A stretch of DNA of 64,000 nucleotides from Candidatus Adlerbacteria bacterium (GCA_028286685.1 JAQBRA010000004.1:12898-76897); one strand, 5' to 3'; shown: positions 27,234 to 36,395, numbered from the stretch's first letter. The notes: generated from the letters alone by a model not told the origin. Made by a program: numbers and translations.

Positions 27234-27647
27234 TTGCCTATGGCGCTCCTGTATAATAAAACTCCTATGGCGCGACTACCAACACCTGGCAGCGACGAGG
27301 GTACGTGGGGGGATACCCTTAACGAATTCTTGTCAGTCGGGCACGATGCAGCGGGGCTCAATGCAGGTCCCTTGTCTGAAAACGTAAAATCCGCGGATTA
27401 CACGCTCGCGCCTGCAGATAGCGGCAAGCGCTTCGTGGCGGCTGCGGCTCTTACTATTACGGTCCCGACGGTCGGCACTTTGGGCAATGGGTTCGAGTGC
27501 GAGGTCGTCAACGACAGCGGCGGCTCGGTTACCCTTAACGGCCCCGGCTCGACCAACGTTACCCTGACCGACGGCGAGATCGCCACTATTCTTGAAGTAA
27601 ACGGAAAGCAGCGCGTCGCATTCGGCAGCAGCACGGTCATTTCCTAA
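27234..27647 (+). CDS. hypothetical Gly/Thr-rich beta-type protein, translationally coupled to the following gene
   Basis: 137 aa. 3-nt gap to the next ORF. Composition resembles a fibre or tail-tip protein. Confidence 0.5.
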   Translation: MPMALLYNKTPMARLPTPGSDEGTWGDTLNEFLSVGHDAAGLNAGPLSENVKSADYTLAPADSGKRFVAAAALTITVPTVGTLGNGFECEVVNDSGGSVTLNGPGSTNVTLTDGEIATILEVNGKQRVAFGSSTVIS

Positions 27648-27650
27648 CCT

Positions 27651-29945
27651 ATGCGCACTATCGCCGGAACCATAGCGGCGGGGGAGCTTCACAATCCCGT
27701 CTATACTCTAGATTTTGCGGGCGGCGTCAATACCGGCATCGTGTCTGTCGCGCGCAACGATGCGCTGGCATGCGCCACGTATTGGGACGCAAGTGGCGTC
27801 CTGCGTACCGCGGCGGCTAATGTGCTCCGCTTGGATCATGATCCTAAGACGGGGGAGAACCTGGGTGCGCTTATAGAGGAGAGCCGCATCAATCGCCTTC
27901 TTTACAGCAACGACTACAGTCAGGCCTGGTGGACCAAGACAAACAGCTCTTTGGGTACGGCTATCGCGGGGCCGGACGGCACCGCAGGGAGCTTCAGGCT
28001 CCTTTTAGACGATGCAACGAACGGCGACCACCTGCTTGCGTCGACTTCCGTGGCTATTACAGCGGGGCATATTATTTGCGCCACCCTTTTAATAAAGCCT
28101 AAGGAGCATGCTGTCGTGCGGGTGCGCATCGCAAATGCCGCAGGGACTAACTATGTGGAGGACTGGTTTGACTGCACTCGGCAGATATTCGGGATGCCGA
28201 CCGCGGGCGGTACCGGATGGGCCATGAGCGAACACTCGTACCGCGAGGGGCCGAACGGCTCTTTCATACTGTATTTCCGCGTTACGACGGCCACCGATAC
28301 GACCGCTGTGCTCTCCTTTGGAGGCGTGCCGTCGCTGGAGACGACGACCTTTGCGGGCAATGCTGCCTCGGGCATGTATTTCTTCCACGCCGAGCTGCAG
28401 TCCGGCTCGGGCATCAACCTGTGTCCCTCGCTTATTGTCACGACCGGCGCCGCGCGCACGCGCTTGGCGGACCGCGTCACGCATGCAATGTCGGTGGTCC
28501 CCGGATACGACGGCCCCCAAGGCAGTATGACGGTCAAATACCGCAACATCGTGCGGACCGCTTCTTCGCAGATCATTAACCTGGCGCTTTCGGGCAATAC
28601 CACAAAGGGTCAGGTAGGCCTGGTGCTGGCAGCCAACTCCAACCAGGCCGAGACGGCTATCCGCAACGCCTCCGACGCGGTAGCGACCGCTATAAACGCC
28701 CGGGCCGGGGTCTTTGATGATTGGAACGTGGCCGGCGTGTCCTGGGTCAGCGGCCGGCACGAGATGGCCCTCAACGGGGCGGCAGCCTCTCCCGGGCCGC
28801 TTTTAAGCGCCATCGTCCCTCCTTCAACCGGAGCGCCGACCGCCTACTTGGGCCATGCCCGCACGGCCGCTACCGATACTTTGATGCTCAACGGCTGGAT
28901 AGCCGCGATCAAGTATTGGATTATCCCGCTCACCACCTCCGGGCTGCGCCGCGAGACGTCGCGCCTGTTTAATTACAGCCAGATACCGGGCACCTTCCGC
29001 AACGGGGTCAATTGCGCGGGCCTCGAGTACACCTCGACCGCGCAGCCGGGGACGCACAATGTCGACTACTTCGACACGCGGCAGGCGAGCTTTAGCTACT
29101 ATGCAAGCAAGATCCCGGGCGGCGTGGTGCGCGTGCCGTACCGCTGGGATCGGGCGCAGCCTGCCTTGGGCGGCGCGCTCGACGAGGCGTATTGCGCGCT
29201 TCTGGACGCCGCCTGCGCGCAGGCCCATACCGCGGGCATGGAAGTCATCCTCGATTGCCACAATTACTCCCAGTATCGCGGCAGCCTCGGCGGGTCGTTC
29301 CGCATAGGGGCTGCGGACAACACGGTAACCGTGGCGCACTTTGTCGATTTTTACGACCGGATGGCGCAGCGGTATGCGGGTGTGGACGGCTTCCTCGGGT
29401 TTGACCTTATGAACGAGCCCGGGCTCGTCGACAAGTTTACCCATGCCCGCATGATGCAGCGGGCCATAGACGCGGTGCGCACGCACGACACCGACTGCTA
29501 CCTGTTTATCGAGGCGCCCTTTGCCACACCCACCACGACCTTCCCGTACGACAACCGCGCCTGCTACCTTAATGACCCGTCAAGCAAGCTGGTGTACTCG
29601 GCGCACCACTACTACGACAACCCGGCTTCAGGCGTGTATGCGGGCTCCTTTGCGGCAGAGTTGGCGTATCCGATGCGCGCCCGCGACCGTCTCGTGCCGT
29701 TCCTGCGCTACCTGCTGTCTAAGAACGCGCGTGGCCATATCGGGGAGACGGGCTTTCCGGCGACCGAGGAGTGGCCTGCAATCGCGTACAATTTTGCGGC
29801 GCTGTGCAAGCAAGCCAACCTCATGATGAGCTGGTGGCAGGCCGGCCGCGCCGTGTCGGGGACCGACCCCTTGAGCCTTGAGCCGGCCGATATCAATAGT
29901 CCCGTCGATCGCGTGCACTGGGCGACCATCTCGCATTTCCAATAA
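27651..29945 (+). CDS. large protein with a C-terminal glycoside hydrolase family 5 domain
   Basis: The C-terminal ~320 aa carry the GH5 signatures …ILDCHNY…, FDLMNEP (acid/base), HHYYD, IGETGFP (nucleophile). The N-terminal ~450 aa are beta-rich and unassigned. Confidence 0.7.
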   Translation: MRTIAGTIAAGELHNPVYTLDFAGGVNTGIVSVARNDALACATYWDASGVLRTAAANVLRLDHDPKTGENLGALIEESRINRLLYSNDYSQAWWTKTNSSLGTAIAGPDGTAGSFRLLLDDATNGDHLLASTSVAITAGHIICATLLIKPKEHAVVRVRIANAAGTNYVEDWFDCTRQIFGMPTAGGTGWAMSEHSYREGPNGSFILYFRVTTATDTTAVLSFGGVPSLETTTFAGNAASGMYFFHAELQSGSGINLCPSLIVTTGAARTRLADRVTHAMSVVPGYDGPQGSMTVKYRNIVRTASSQIINLALSGNTTKGQVGLVLAANSNQAETAIRNASDAVATAINARAGVFDDWNVAGVSWVSGRHEMALNGAAASPGPLLSAIVPPSTGAPTAYLGHARTAATDTLMLNGWIAAIKYWIIPLTTSGLRRETSRLFNYSQIPGTFRNGVNCAGLEYTSTAQPGTHNVDYFDTRQASFSYYASKIPGGVVRVPYRWDRAQPALGGALDEAYCALLDAACAQAHTAGMEVILDCHNYSQYRGSLGGSFRIGAADNTVTVAHFVDFYDRMAQRYAGVDGFLGFDLMNEPGLVDKFTHARMMQRAIDAVRTHDTDCYLFIEAPFATPTTTFPYDNRACYLNDPSSKLVYSAHHYYDNPASGVYAGSFAAELAYPMRARDRLVPFLRYLLSKNARGHIGETGFPATEEWPAIAYNFAALCKQANLMMSWWQAGRAVSGTDPLSLEPADINSPVDRVHWATISHFQ

Positions 29946-29985
29946 AAATGCCCTTCAATGGGTGCATGTGTTATAATCTGCGCAT

Positions 29986-31200
29986 ATGAATAGCAGCAAA
30001 CTGAAGGCTCTGGGCGTGTTTTTAGTCGTGGCGCTGGCGTTCGGATTCGGCATGTACGCCGGAGTATCCGAGCGCGTCTCGGGTCTGGTATCCGCGCAGA
30101 CGGTAAGCGGCGTCCAGCCGGCTAATGTTGATTTTGCAAAGTTTTGGCAGGCCTGGTCGCTGCTCCAAAATAACTTCGTCGAAACGCACGCGTCATCTTC
30201 GGTCCCTTCGGACAACGAAAAGCTCTACGGCGCCATAAAAGGACTGACCGAGTCCTATGGCGATCCGTACACGACCTTTTTCCCGCCCGTAGAGGCAAAG
30301 CAGTTTGCCGAAGCTATCAGCGGCTCGTTTGGCGGCGTTGGCATGGAAATGGGCGACAAGGATGGCGCCATTGTCGTCATTGCGCCGCTTAAGAACTCTC
30401 CGGCCGAGCGGGCAGGCATACTGACCGGCGACGCCGTCATAATGGTAGACGCTACCTCGACCGCAGGCTTGTCGGTCGATGACGCGGTCAAGCTTATCCG
30501 CGGCCCCAAAGGCGAGAGCGTCAAGCTTACCCTCAAGCGCCCCGGAGTAGACGATCCGATTGTCGTCAATATCGTGCGCGACACCATAAGCATCCCGCTC
30601 ATCGTTTCCTCTGACAAGAACGGCGTCTTTACTATCGAGTTGTACAGCTTCTCGCAGAACTCGGGCGAGCTGTTCCGTCAGGAACTGCGCAAATTCATCC
30701 AGTCGGGCGATAGCAAGCTTATCTTGGACCTGCGCGGCAATCCGGGCGGCTATCTCGAAGCCGCGGTCCAGATGGCGAGCTTCTTCCTGCCGGTGGGCGA
30801 AACGGTAGTTACCGAGGACTACAAGGGCAAGCAGGAGAATATCGTGCACCGCTCGCTCGGCTATAACGTATTCGCCAAGAAAAAGATCTCCATGGTCGTC
30901 CTGGCTAACCAGGGCTCGGCCTCCGCTTCGGAAATCTTGGCGGGTGCCCTACAGCAGCATGGCGTTGCCAAGCTGGTAGGCACGCGCACCTTCGGCAAGG
31001 GCTCGGTCCAGCAGCTCTTGGAGCTTGGCGGCGGCGCCGAGCTTAAGGTGACCGTGGCGCGCTGGCTGACCCCTAACGGCACGTCTATTTCTGACGGCGG
31101 CCTTACCCCCGATATTGAAGCCGCCCGCACCAAGGAGGACGTTGAGGCCGGCCGCGATCCTCAAATGGACGCCGCGCTCAAATGGCTCGCCAAGCAGTAA
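29986..31200 (+). CDS. ctpA: C-terminal processing (S41) peptidase
   Basis: Signal/anchor, PDZ domain, S41 motifs LDLRGNPGG and TFGKGSVQ. Confidence 0.85.
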   Translation: MNSSKLKALGVFLVVALAFGFGMYAGVSERVSGLVSAQTVSGVQPANVDFAKFWQAWSLLQNNFVETHASSSVPSDNEKLYGAIKGLTESYGDPYTTFFPPVEAKQFAEAISGSFGGVGMEMGDKDGAIVVIAPLKNSPAERAGILTGDAVIMVDATSTAGLSVDDAVKLIRGPKGESVKLTLKRPGVDDPIVVNIVRDTISIPLIVSSDKNGVFTIELYSFSQNSGELFRQELRKFIQSGDSKLILDLRGNPGGYLEAAVQMASFFLPVGETVVTEDYKGKQENIVHRSLGYNVFAKKKISMVVLANQGSASASEILAGALQQHGVAKLVGTRTFGKGSVQQLLELGGGAELKVTVARWLTPNGTSISDGGLTPDIEAARTKEDVEAGRDPQMDAALKWLAKQ

Positions 31201-31222
31201 AATCAGGAGTATATTGTGGCGT

Positions 31223-31669
31223 ATGAAAGTAATCCTGCAAAAAGACATACGGGGCTTGGGACGCGCCCATGAGATAAAAGACGTGGCTGACGGCTACGCG
31301 CTTAACTTTCTCTTGCCGCATAAGTACGCGGTAGCCGCAACCCCGGAGAAGCTCAAGGAGGTAGAGGCAGGCCGCGCCGCCCGCGAGGCCGCAGAGCAAA
31401 AAGAGGAGGCCGCCCTGGTTTCCAAGCTCGACTCGCTTAACGGCAAGTCGGTAACGGTTTCGGCTCGCGCCACGGAGAAGGGCGGCCTCTTTAAGGCTAT
31501 TACTGCCGCAGACATTGCCAAGGCGATCCGCAGCGAGCAGAGCCTTGAAATTCTCGAGAGTGCCATTGAACTTCCGGCACCGGTAAAGACAGTGGGGGAG
31601 CATAAGGCTATCCTTTCCAGCAAGACTAAGAAGGCCGAGCTTTTGGTAGTCGTGGCGGCGGTTAAGTAG
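31223..31669 (+). CDS. rplI: 50S ribosomal protein L9
   Basis: MKVILQKDIRGLGRAHEIKDVADGYALNFLLP… canonical L9 N-terminal domain. Confidence 0.85.
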   Translation: MKVILQKDIRGLGRAHEIKDVADGYALNFLLPHKYAVAATPEKLKEVEAGRAAREAAEQKEEAALVSKLDSLNGKSVTVSARATEKGGLFKAITAADIAKAIRSEQSLEILESAIELPAPVKTVGEHKAILSSKTKKAELLVVVAAVK

Positions 31670-31719
31670 TAGCGGAAGCCTTCATGGTTCTTTTAGAGTG
31701 TAAAAGGTACGATAAGAGT

Positions 31720-32061
31720 ATGAAATTTTTAACGATTGGTTTCCTTGCTCTCGCCGCAGCAGTATTTGTATTTCCAGCAGGGGCAGAAGCGCGCCAGCAG
31801 TTTGGCGGCTTTGGCAGCATCAATATCAATAACAACATACCGTCTTACCAGAGCTATCCCAGCTACCCGGCCTACAACCCGGGCAACTCGTGCGGACGAC
31901 GCTGCGGCTCTTCCTATCAGTACCAGCAGCCAACTTACTACCAGTACCCTTCGTACTCGTACCAGTCTTCTTACTATCAGCCGATGTACTACCAGCCGTA
32001 CTCCTACTCTTATTCGTCTTCCTATTACTCGAGCAGCAACTCAAGCTGGTGGAGCTGGTAA
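31720..32061 (+). CDS. secreted Tyr/Ser/Gln/Pro-rich low-complexity protein
   Basis: Signal peptide MKFLTIGFLALAAAVFVFPAGAEA, then …SYPSYPAYNP…YQYQQPTYYQYPSYSYQSSYYQPMYYQPYSYSYSSSYYSSSNSSWWSW. Confidence 0.5.
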   Translation: MKFLTIGFLALAAAVFVFPAGAEARQQFGGFGSININNNIPSYQSYPSYPAYNPGNSCGRRCGSSYQYQQPTYYQYPSYSYQSSYYQPMYYQPYSYSYSSSYYSSSNSSWWSW

Positions 32062-32077
32062 TTAAGCGCATTTAGGC

Positions 32078-32112
32078 ATTAAAAAATCCCCTCAAGTTGA
32101 GGGGATTTTTTA
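32078..32112. terminator. bidirectional terminator between the Y/S-rich gene and rpmA
   Basis: aaaaaaTCCCCTCAAgTTGAGGGGAtttttta. Confidence 0.7.
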
Positions 32113-32122
32113 GAGGAGAAGC

Positions 32123-32404
32123 TTATTGCTTGGCGGTAACGTCGACGGCGTTGCGGACTTTCATGCGGCCGTCAAAGCGGACCTTGCGCTGGGGGCGGAA
32201 GGAGACGATGCCGTCTACGAGGGCAAAGAGGGTGTGGTCCTTGCCGAGGCCGACGTTCTTGCCCGGGAGCATGCGGGTGCCGCGCTGGCGGACAATAATA
32301 GCGCCCGCCTGGGCTACCTCGCCTGCATAGAGCTTAACGCCCAAATACTTTGCATTTGAGTCGTTTAGGTTTTTAGCTGTGCCGCCCGCTTTTTTACTTG
32401 CCAT
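32123..32404 (-). CDS. rpmA: 50S ribosomal protein L27
   Basis: [29 protein letters not shown]…[20 protein letters not shown]… L27 core sequence. Confidence 0.85.
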   Translation of the reverse strand: MASKKAGGTAKNLNDSNAKYLGVKLYAGEVAQAGAIIVRQRGTRMLPGKNVGLGKDHTLFALVDGIVSFRPQRKVRFDGRMKVRNAVDVTAKQ

Positions 32405-32816
32405 ACAGTATAATTGGTGTGTGCCTATAGTACCAAAAGAGGCCTTATTCCGCAAGCTGGAGCCTTATCTAGTCCCGGCAATAGTGGTTTTGGTGGGGGT
32501 AGGGGCCTTTGGCTTGGGCCGCCTCTCGGCGGACTCCCGAGAGTCGACCGCCCTGCGCATTATCTATCCCAATGCCCAGCTGGCCACCCCGGTGGCCGCA
32601 GGAGGCGTTCCAGAGACCGCCCAGGCCGCATCTCTGCCAGCCGAGTTGGGGCAGGGGAGCGGCCCTTATGTCGCCTCTAAAAACGGTACCAAATACTACC
32701 TAACCACCTGCTCGGGTGCCGGCCGGATCAAGCAAGAAAACAAGGTATACTTCGTCTCAGTACAGGAGGCAGAGGCGGCGGGCTTCGGCCCGGCCGCCAA
32801 CTGCCCCGGCCTCTAA
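32379..32816 (+). CDS. membrane-anchored protein with an Ada-type zinc-binding-like C-terminal domain
   Basis: C-terminal …[38 protein letters not shown] resembles the Ada N-terminal metal-binding motif. Start uncertain; overlaps the rpmA start on the opposite strand. Confidence 0.4.
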   Translation: MPPAFLLAIQYNWCVPIVPKEALFRKLEPYLVPAIVVLVGVGAFGLGRLSADSRESTALRIIYPNAQLATPVAAGGVPETAQAASLPAELGQGSGPYVASKNGTKYYLTTCSGAGRIKQENKVYFVSVQEAEAAGFGPAANCPGL

Positions 32817-32821
32817 TCCTC

Positions 32822-33091
32822 GTGAAATCTAAAATCAAGAAAAAGCTCAAGCGTGTCTTTATCGTCACGCTTGGCGTGCTATTTATTATCGTCGGGCTCC
32901 TGGGCCTGGTCCTGCCGCTCTTGCAGGGCTGGTTTTTCCTGGCCATAGGCGGCTTGCTGCTTTCCATGTACTCGCCGGGCATCCGCACCTGGATGGACCG
33001 CCACACTATCAAGTACCCCAAGCTCCATGCCTTTGTTCAGCGGGCCCACACTTGGACCGAGCGCGTATTCGGCGCTCCTGAGGTAGACTAA
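32822..33091 (+). CDS. DUF454/YbaN-like small inner-membrane protein
   Basis: …GLLGLVLPLLQGWFFLAIGGLLL… signature. Confidence 0.6.
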   Translation: MKSKIKKKLKRVFIVTLGVLFIIVGLLGLVLPLLQGWFFLAIGGLLLSMYSPGIRTWMDRHTIKYPKLHAFVQRAHTWTERVFGAPEVD

Positions 33092-33095
33092 GGGC

Positions 33096-33695
33096 ATGAT
33101 AGCCATAGACGTAGAGGCATCCGGCATCGGCCCTGACACGCATTCCATAGTGTCGGTTGGGGCCATAGACATGGATCAGCCCTCCCGCCAGTTTTATGAG
33201 GAGTGCCGCGTATGGGAGGGTGCGCATATAAACGACGAGGCGCTTGCGGTAAACGGATTTTCCAAAGAAGAGATTACCGACCCCGGCAAGCAGTCCGAGG
33301 CCGACCTGGCGCATAAGTTTGCCGCGTGGGCCGAGGCTTCTGCGGACCGCACCCTGGCCGGGCAGAATGTCTCCTTTGACCGCGACATACTAGAAGCCGC
33401 TGCGCGCCGCGCCGGGCACACCGAGTGGCCGTTTGCCCACCGCACCATAGACGTCCACAGCCTGGCCTGGATGCACCAGGTTAAAAGGGGACTGACTCCC
33501 CCGGTTGATCCGGAAAAGAAGCGCTCGGCCCTTAACTTGGACGCTATCCTTTTGTACTGCGGCATCCCCGAGGAGCCCAAGCCCCATAACGCGCTGACGG
33601 GCGCCAAGTGCCATGCAGAGACCATCTCGCGCCTCCTCTATGACAAAAAGCTCCTTCCGGAGTTCGAGCAGTTTGAAATACCCTGGCTGAGCTAA
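33096..33695 (+). CDS. DEDDh-type 3'-5' exonuclease (DnaQ/RNase T-like)
   Basis: Exo I IDVEASG, Exo II NVSFDRDIL, Exo III H…NALTGAKCHAE. Confidence 0.75.
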   Translation: MIAIDVEASGIGPDTHSIVSVGAIDMDQPSRQFYEECRVWEGAHINDEALAVNGFSKEEITDPGKQSEADLAHKFAAWAEASADRTLAGQNVSFDRDILEAAARRAGHTEWPFAHRTIDVHSLAWMHQVKRGLTPPVDPEKKRSALNLDAILLYCGIPEEPKPHNALTGAKCHAETISRLLYDKKLLPEFEQFEIPWLS

Positions 33696-33699
33696 TTTG

Positions 33700-33770
33700 T
33701 CGGGCCGCCGGGAATTGAACCCGGTCTACATGCACCCCATGCATGTGTACTGCCGGTATACTACGGCCCG
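33700..33770 (-). tRNA. tRNA-Pro (anticodon GGG)
   Basis: Hand-folded: acceptor CGGGCCG/CGGCCCG, D-stem GTAT/GTAC, anticodon stem CATGC/GCATG with loop ATGGGGT, T-arm CCGGG-TTCAATT-CCCGG. Confidence 0.8.
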
Positions 33771-33853
33771 TTTCTGTCTTCTAGCTTTACTACCATACCG
33801 TATTTTGGTACGTTTGTGCCAGCAGTTTAGTCCTTTGCAGTGGGAGAGACACA

Positions 33854-34126
33854 ATGGCCAATGGAGACCGGTGCGTCCACTGCGACCTGCAGGAGACACA
33901 GCACGACCATCCTTACTATGCCCCTGAAGGGGTAAGTCCTTGCGGCATGTTCGAAAGTCCCGTTAAGCACGAGAAAGAGTGCCCTATAATCGGGTGCAAT
34001 GGCGATTGCCAGGAGACTTTGGCCGAAAGGGCCTGGAAGGCCCAGGTGGCAGAGAACCGGCTCCGCAATTCCTGGTATATGGACCCCCGAACGGGAAATA
34101 TTGTCTTAGTCGACATGAGCGATTGA
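33854..34126 (+). CDS. hypothetical Cys/His-rich small protein
   Basis: CVHC…C…CPIIGCNGDC pattern. Downstream hairpin plus T-tract at 34186-34215. Confidence 0.45.
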   Translation: MANGDRCVHCDLQETQHDHPYYAPEGVSPCGMFESPVKHEKECPIIGCNGDCQETLAERAWKAQVAENRLRNSWYMDPRTGNIVLVDMSD

Positions 34127-34209
34127 GCAAAATCGCCAATTGAAATCACCACTCTCAAAATACGTTGTCAAATAAGGGGTTCTTGGCACAGCCAAGGCCC
34201 CGTTTATTT

Positions 34210-34241
34210 TTGTCAAGCAAAGTGCTTGCAGCCCTTGACAA
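34210..34241 (+). promoter_or_regulatory. inverted-repeat operator/promoter element upstream of the SLT-like gene
   Basis: TTGTCAAG-N16-CTTGACAA, a perfect 8-bp inverted repeat. The right half is a consensus -35 hexamer. Confidence 0.5.
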
Positions 34242-34353
34242 GAAAATGGTACTATGTTCTTAACCCCAGAGCTTTCGAGCCCTGGGGACTTTTCGTGCCT
34301 GGGTAGTCGCCTAGGCACTGTGCATTACTACATAACCCCACGCAACCTATTAC

Positions 34354-34800
34354 ATGCCTGTTATCGCTGGTTTCGCCATTGCGCTCTCTGCGGCCGTAAG
34401 CAACGGTGCCGCAGTTGCGCCTCAGACCCAACCGACGGTAGCTATAACGCTCCCGGCCGCCATGCCCCAGTCCCAGTCCGTCGAGCAGTACATCCGCGAG
34501 TACTTTTCCGACGAGCCTGTCATGATCGAGATAGCCAAGTGCGAATCGCGCTTCCGCCAGTACGGCCAGGACGGCCACGTGCTGCGCAACGGATCAGGCA
34601 GCTCTGCCGTGGGCGTCTTCCAGGTCATGGGCTCGATCCATGCCAAGTTCGCCGACGACAAGCTCGGCCTGGACATTTACAGCCTCCAGGGCAACGCCGC
34701 ATACGCCCGCTACTTGTACGACCGCGAGGGCACCATGCCGTGGGCCGCTTCGGCCGGCTGCTGGAACAAGTCCGGCAAGCTCCTTGCCCGCGCCCAATAA
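34354..34800 (+). CDS. secreted lytic-transglycosylase (SLT/lysozyme-like) domain protein
   Basis: Signal peptide. AKCES (catalytic Glu-Ser) followed by AVGVFQVM (GLMQ-like) and an AAYARYL motif. Confidence 0.55.
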   Translation: MPVIAGFAIALSAAVSNGAAVAPQTQPTVAITLPAAMPQSQSVEQYIREYFSDEPVMIEIAKCESRFRQYGQDGHVLRNGSGSSAVGVFQVMGSIHAKFADDKLGLDIYSLQGNAAYARYLYDREGTMPWAASAGCWNKSGKLLARAQ

Positions 34801-34835
34801 AACTTAAAATAGTGGGGAAGTGGTCCCCTAGCAAA

Positions 34836-34862
34836 ACCCGCCCAGATTGGGCGGGTTTTGTG
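34836..34862. terminator. bidirectional terminator
   Basis: caaaaCCCGCCCAgattGGGCGGGttttgtg. Confidence 0.65.
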
Positions 34863-34914
34863 TTGGATGAAGAAACAGAATCGCCCGAAAGGTCAGGCGA
34901 CCTGTCGGGCGATA

Positions 34915-35193
34915 TTAGTTTAGATGCCGCTTGCGTTCCTGGCTTTCTCTGAGGAGCGTGCGCATGGAGTCGACTTCTTCGGCCGTTAAGTCCAGCCGTT
35001 CGATATACAGGTCAGCTTGCTCGCGAGTAATTTTGTTCTCGTCAACCCAGCCATCGAGTATGCCCAGCAACGAGCACTTAACGAGCATTTCGGTTTTTTC
35101 TTCAGATAAGGCAAGAAGTCGCCCTTCCCCCACAATGCCTTTGACAGAAAGCTCTCTTATAAGAGCCATTATCTTTGGCGATAGCTGAACCAT
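34915..35193 (-). CDS. hypothetical protein
   Basis: ORF with the terminator downstream. Start chosen at MVQLSPKIMALI. Confidence 0.35.
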   Translation of the reverse strand: MVQLSPKIMALIRELSVKGIVGEGRLLALSEEKTEMLVKCSLLGILDGWVDENKITREQADLYIERLDLTAEEVDSMRTLLRESQERKRHLN

Positions 35194-35480
35194 CCTTGCT
35201 CTCCTCAAGGTAAGTAGAAAGAATCTATAAATCAAAATACCTGAAATATATAGAAAGTCAAGTAGGGAAGTGACTCCCCCAGCTTCCCGAGAAAATATCG
35301 GCAAGACCCCCCTGAGCCTTTAGTATCAACAGTTCTCGGTTAGGGGAGCTGGGCATCTCGGCTAGCCAGAGTAGCCATATAAAGCCCGCTGTAAGCCCGT
35401 ATAAGGCGGCGGGAGAGGCGGATAGATACAAGAGGACCCAAGGCCGGGCCCCCTCCAGCTTCTCCCTATATAAGGGACGC

Positions 35481-35660
35481 AAAAGATATATTGTGCGACA
35501 CATCTTGCACTGATTCCCGATCGAATACGGACCAGTCAAAATGTGAAACTTTTCCACGCCCCCACCCTGCTGGCGGCCCGGCTGAAAAAGTTTTGGATCG
35601 TCGCACGTTCTATCTCAGATAATTATGTTAAAAAACGGTCCGGAGACCCCTCCCCCGAAA
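35481..35660 (+). repeat. copy A of a paralogous ~180-bp non-coding segment (promoter/leader of the HEPN-like gene)
   Basis: Conserved blocks gatatattgtgcgac, tgattcccga, aaaatgtgaaactttt, cc.accc.gc…gcccgg, agttttgg.tc, gacccctcccccg shared with 38241-38425. Confidence 0.75.
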
Positions 35661-36236
35661 ATTGAGATTCAGGAGGGAAGTGCTATTATTTTAGACGTGA
35701 AGCATCAGGACCTGAGGGACAAAATTGATGGCGCTTTTCTCAAGAAAGAATACTTGGAGTCATTCCTCATGCAGAGTGCCTATTTTGAAGCGGTTCTCAA
35801 GTATTTCCTTGAGTTCGTGCATTTCAAGATTATCTATGCTGAAAATGAAAACAAAGAGCATAAGCTAGTAGATATTCTCCAGAATAAGGTCGGCCGCTAT
35901 TCCCTCTTTGAGGTGATAACGATGCTTCGGGATTCCGAAGAGGTTTCCAAATCGGAAGCAGACGAACTGAATAAGTACAGAGAGAAGCGCAATAAAGTTC
36001 TCCATTCTTTGTTCGACGAAATGATGGGCCGAGAAGAGTTCGAAGAAAACCTTAAAAAGGTTGTCGAGTCTGGAAAAGTTATCGCCGAAACTAAGTGGTT
36101 TAAGTCCTTAGTTGAAGGCGTTGAAGATCTCGAAAAGATGTACGAACGTGGAAGATTAAAGAAAGAAAACATGCCGCCTAAGCAAACTGAGCCTCAGAAA
36201 TCCGGAGAGCAGCCTCCTTCCCCTGCTATAAACTAA
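35625..36236 (+). CDS. hypothetical protein with a HEPN-like Rx4H motif
   Basis: AT-rich codon usage. …NKYREKRNKVLHSLFDEMMG… carries the R-x4-H motif; otherwise helical. Confidence 0.5.
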   Translation: MLKNGPETPPPKIEIQEGSAIILDVKHQDLRDKIDGAFLKKEYLESFLMQSAYFEAVLKYFLEFVHFKIIYAENENKEHKLVDILQNKVGRYSLFEVITMLRDSEEVSKSEADELNKYREKRNKVLHSLFDEMMGREEFEENLKKVVESGKVIAETKWFKSLVEGVEDLEKMYERGRLKKENMPPKQTEPQKSGEQPPSPAIN

Positions 36237-36282
36237 TTATGTATACTATCCGTATGTAACCCATAAGCCGTGCGCCACAACC

Positions 36283-36395
36283 ATCACCTTGCGACCAGAG
36301 TCCTGCTACGGGCTCTGATCACTCGCAAGGTGAGTCAGGGTTCCGTAGTGGGACTTTGGTATTAAAAACTAGACGTAGCAGATCACCTTGCGATG
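36283..36395 (+). promoter_or_regulatory. structured leader with a tripartite repeat overlapping the FkbM start codon
   Basis: atcaccttgcga (36283), inverted tcgcaaggtg (36323), and gatcaccttgcgATG (36381) overlapping the start codon. Alternative hairpins are possible. Confidence 0.45.
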
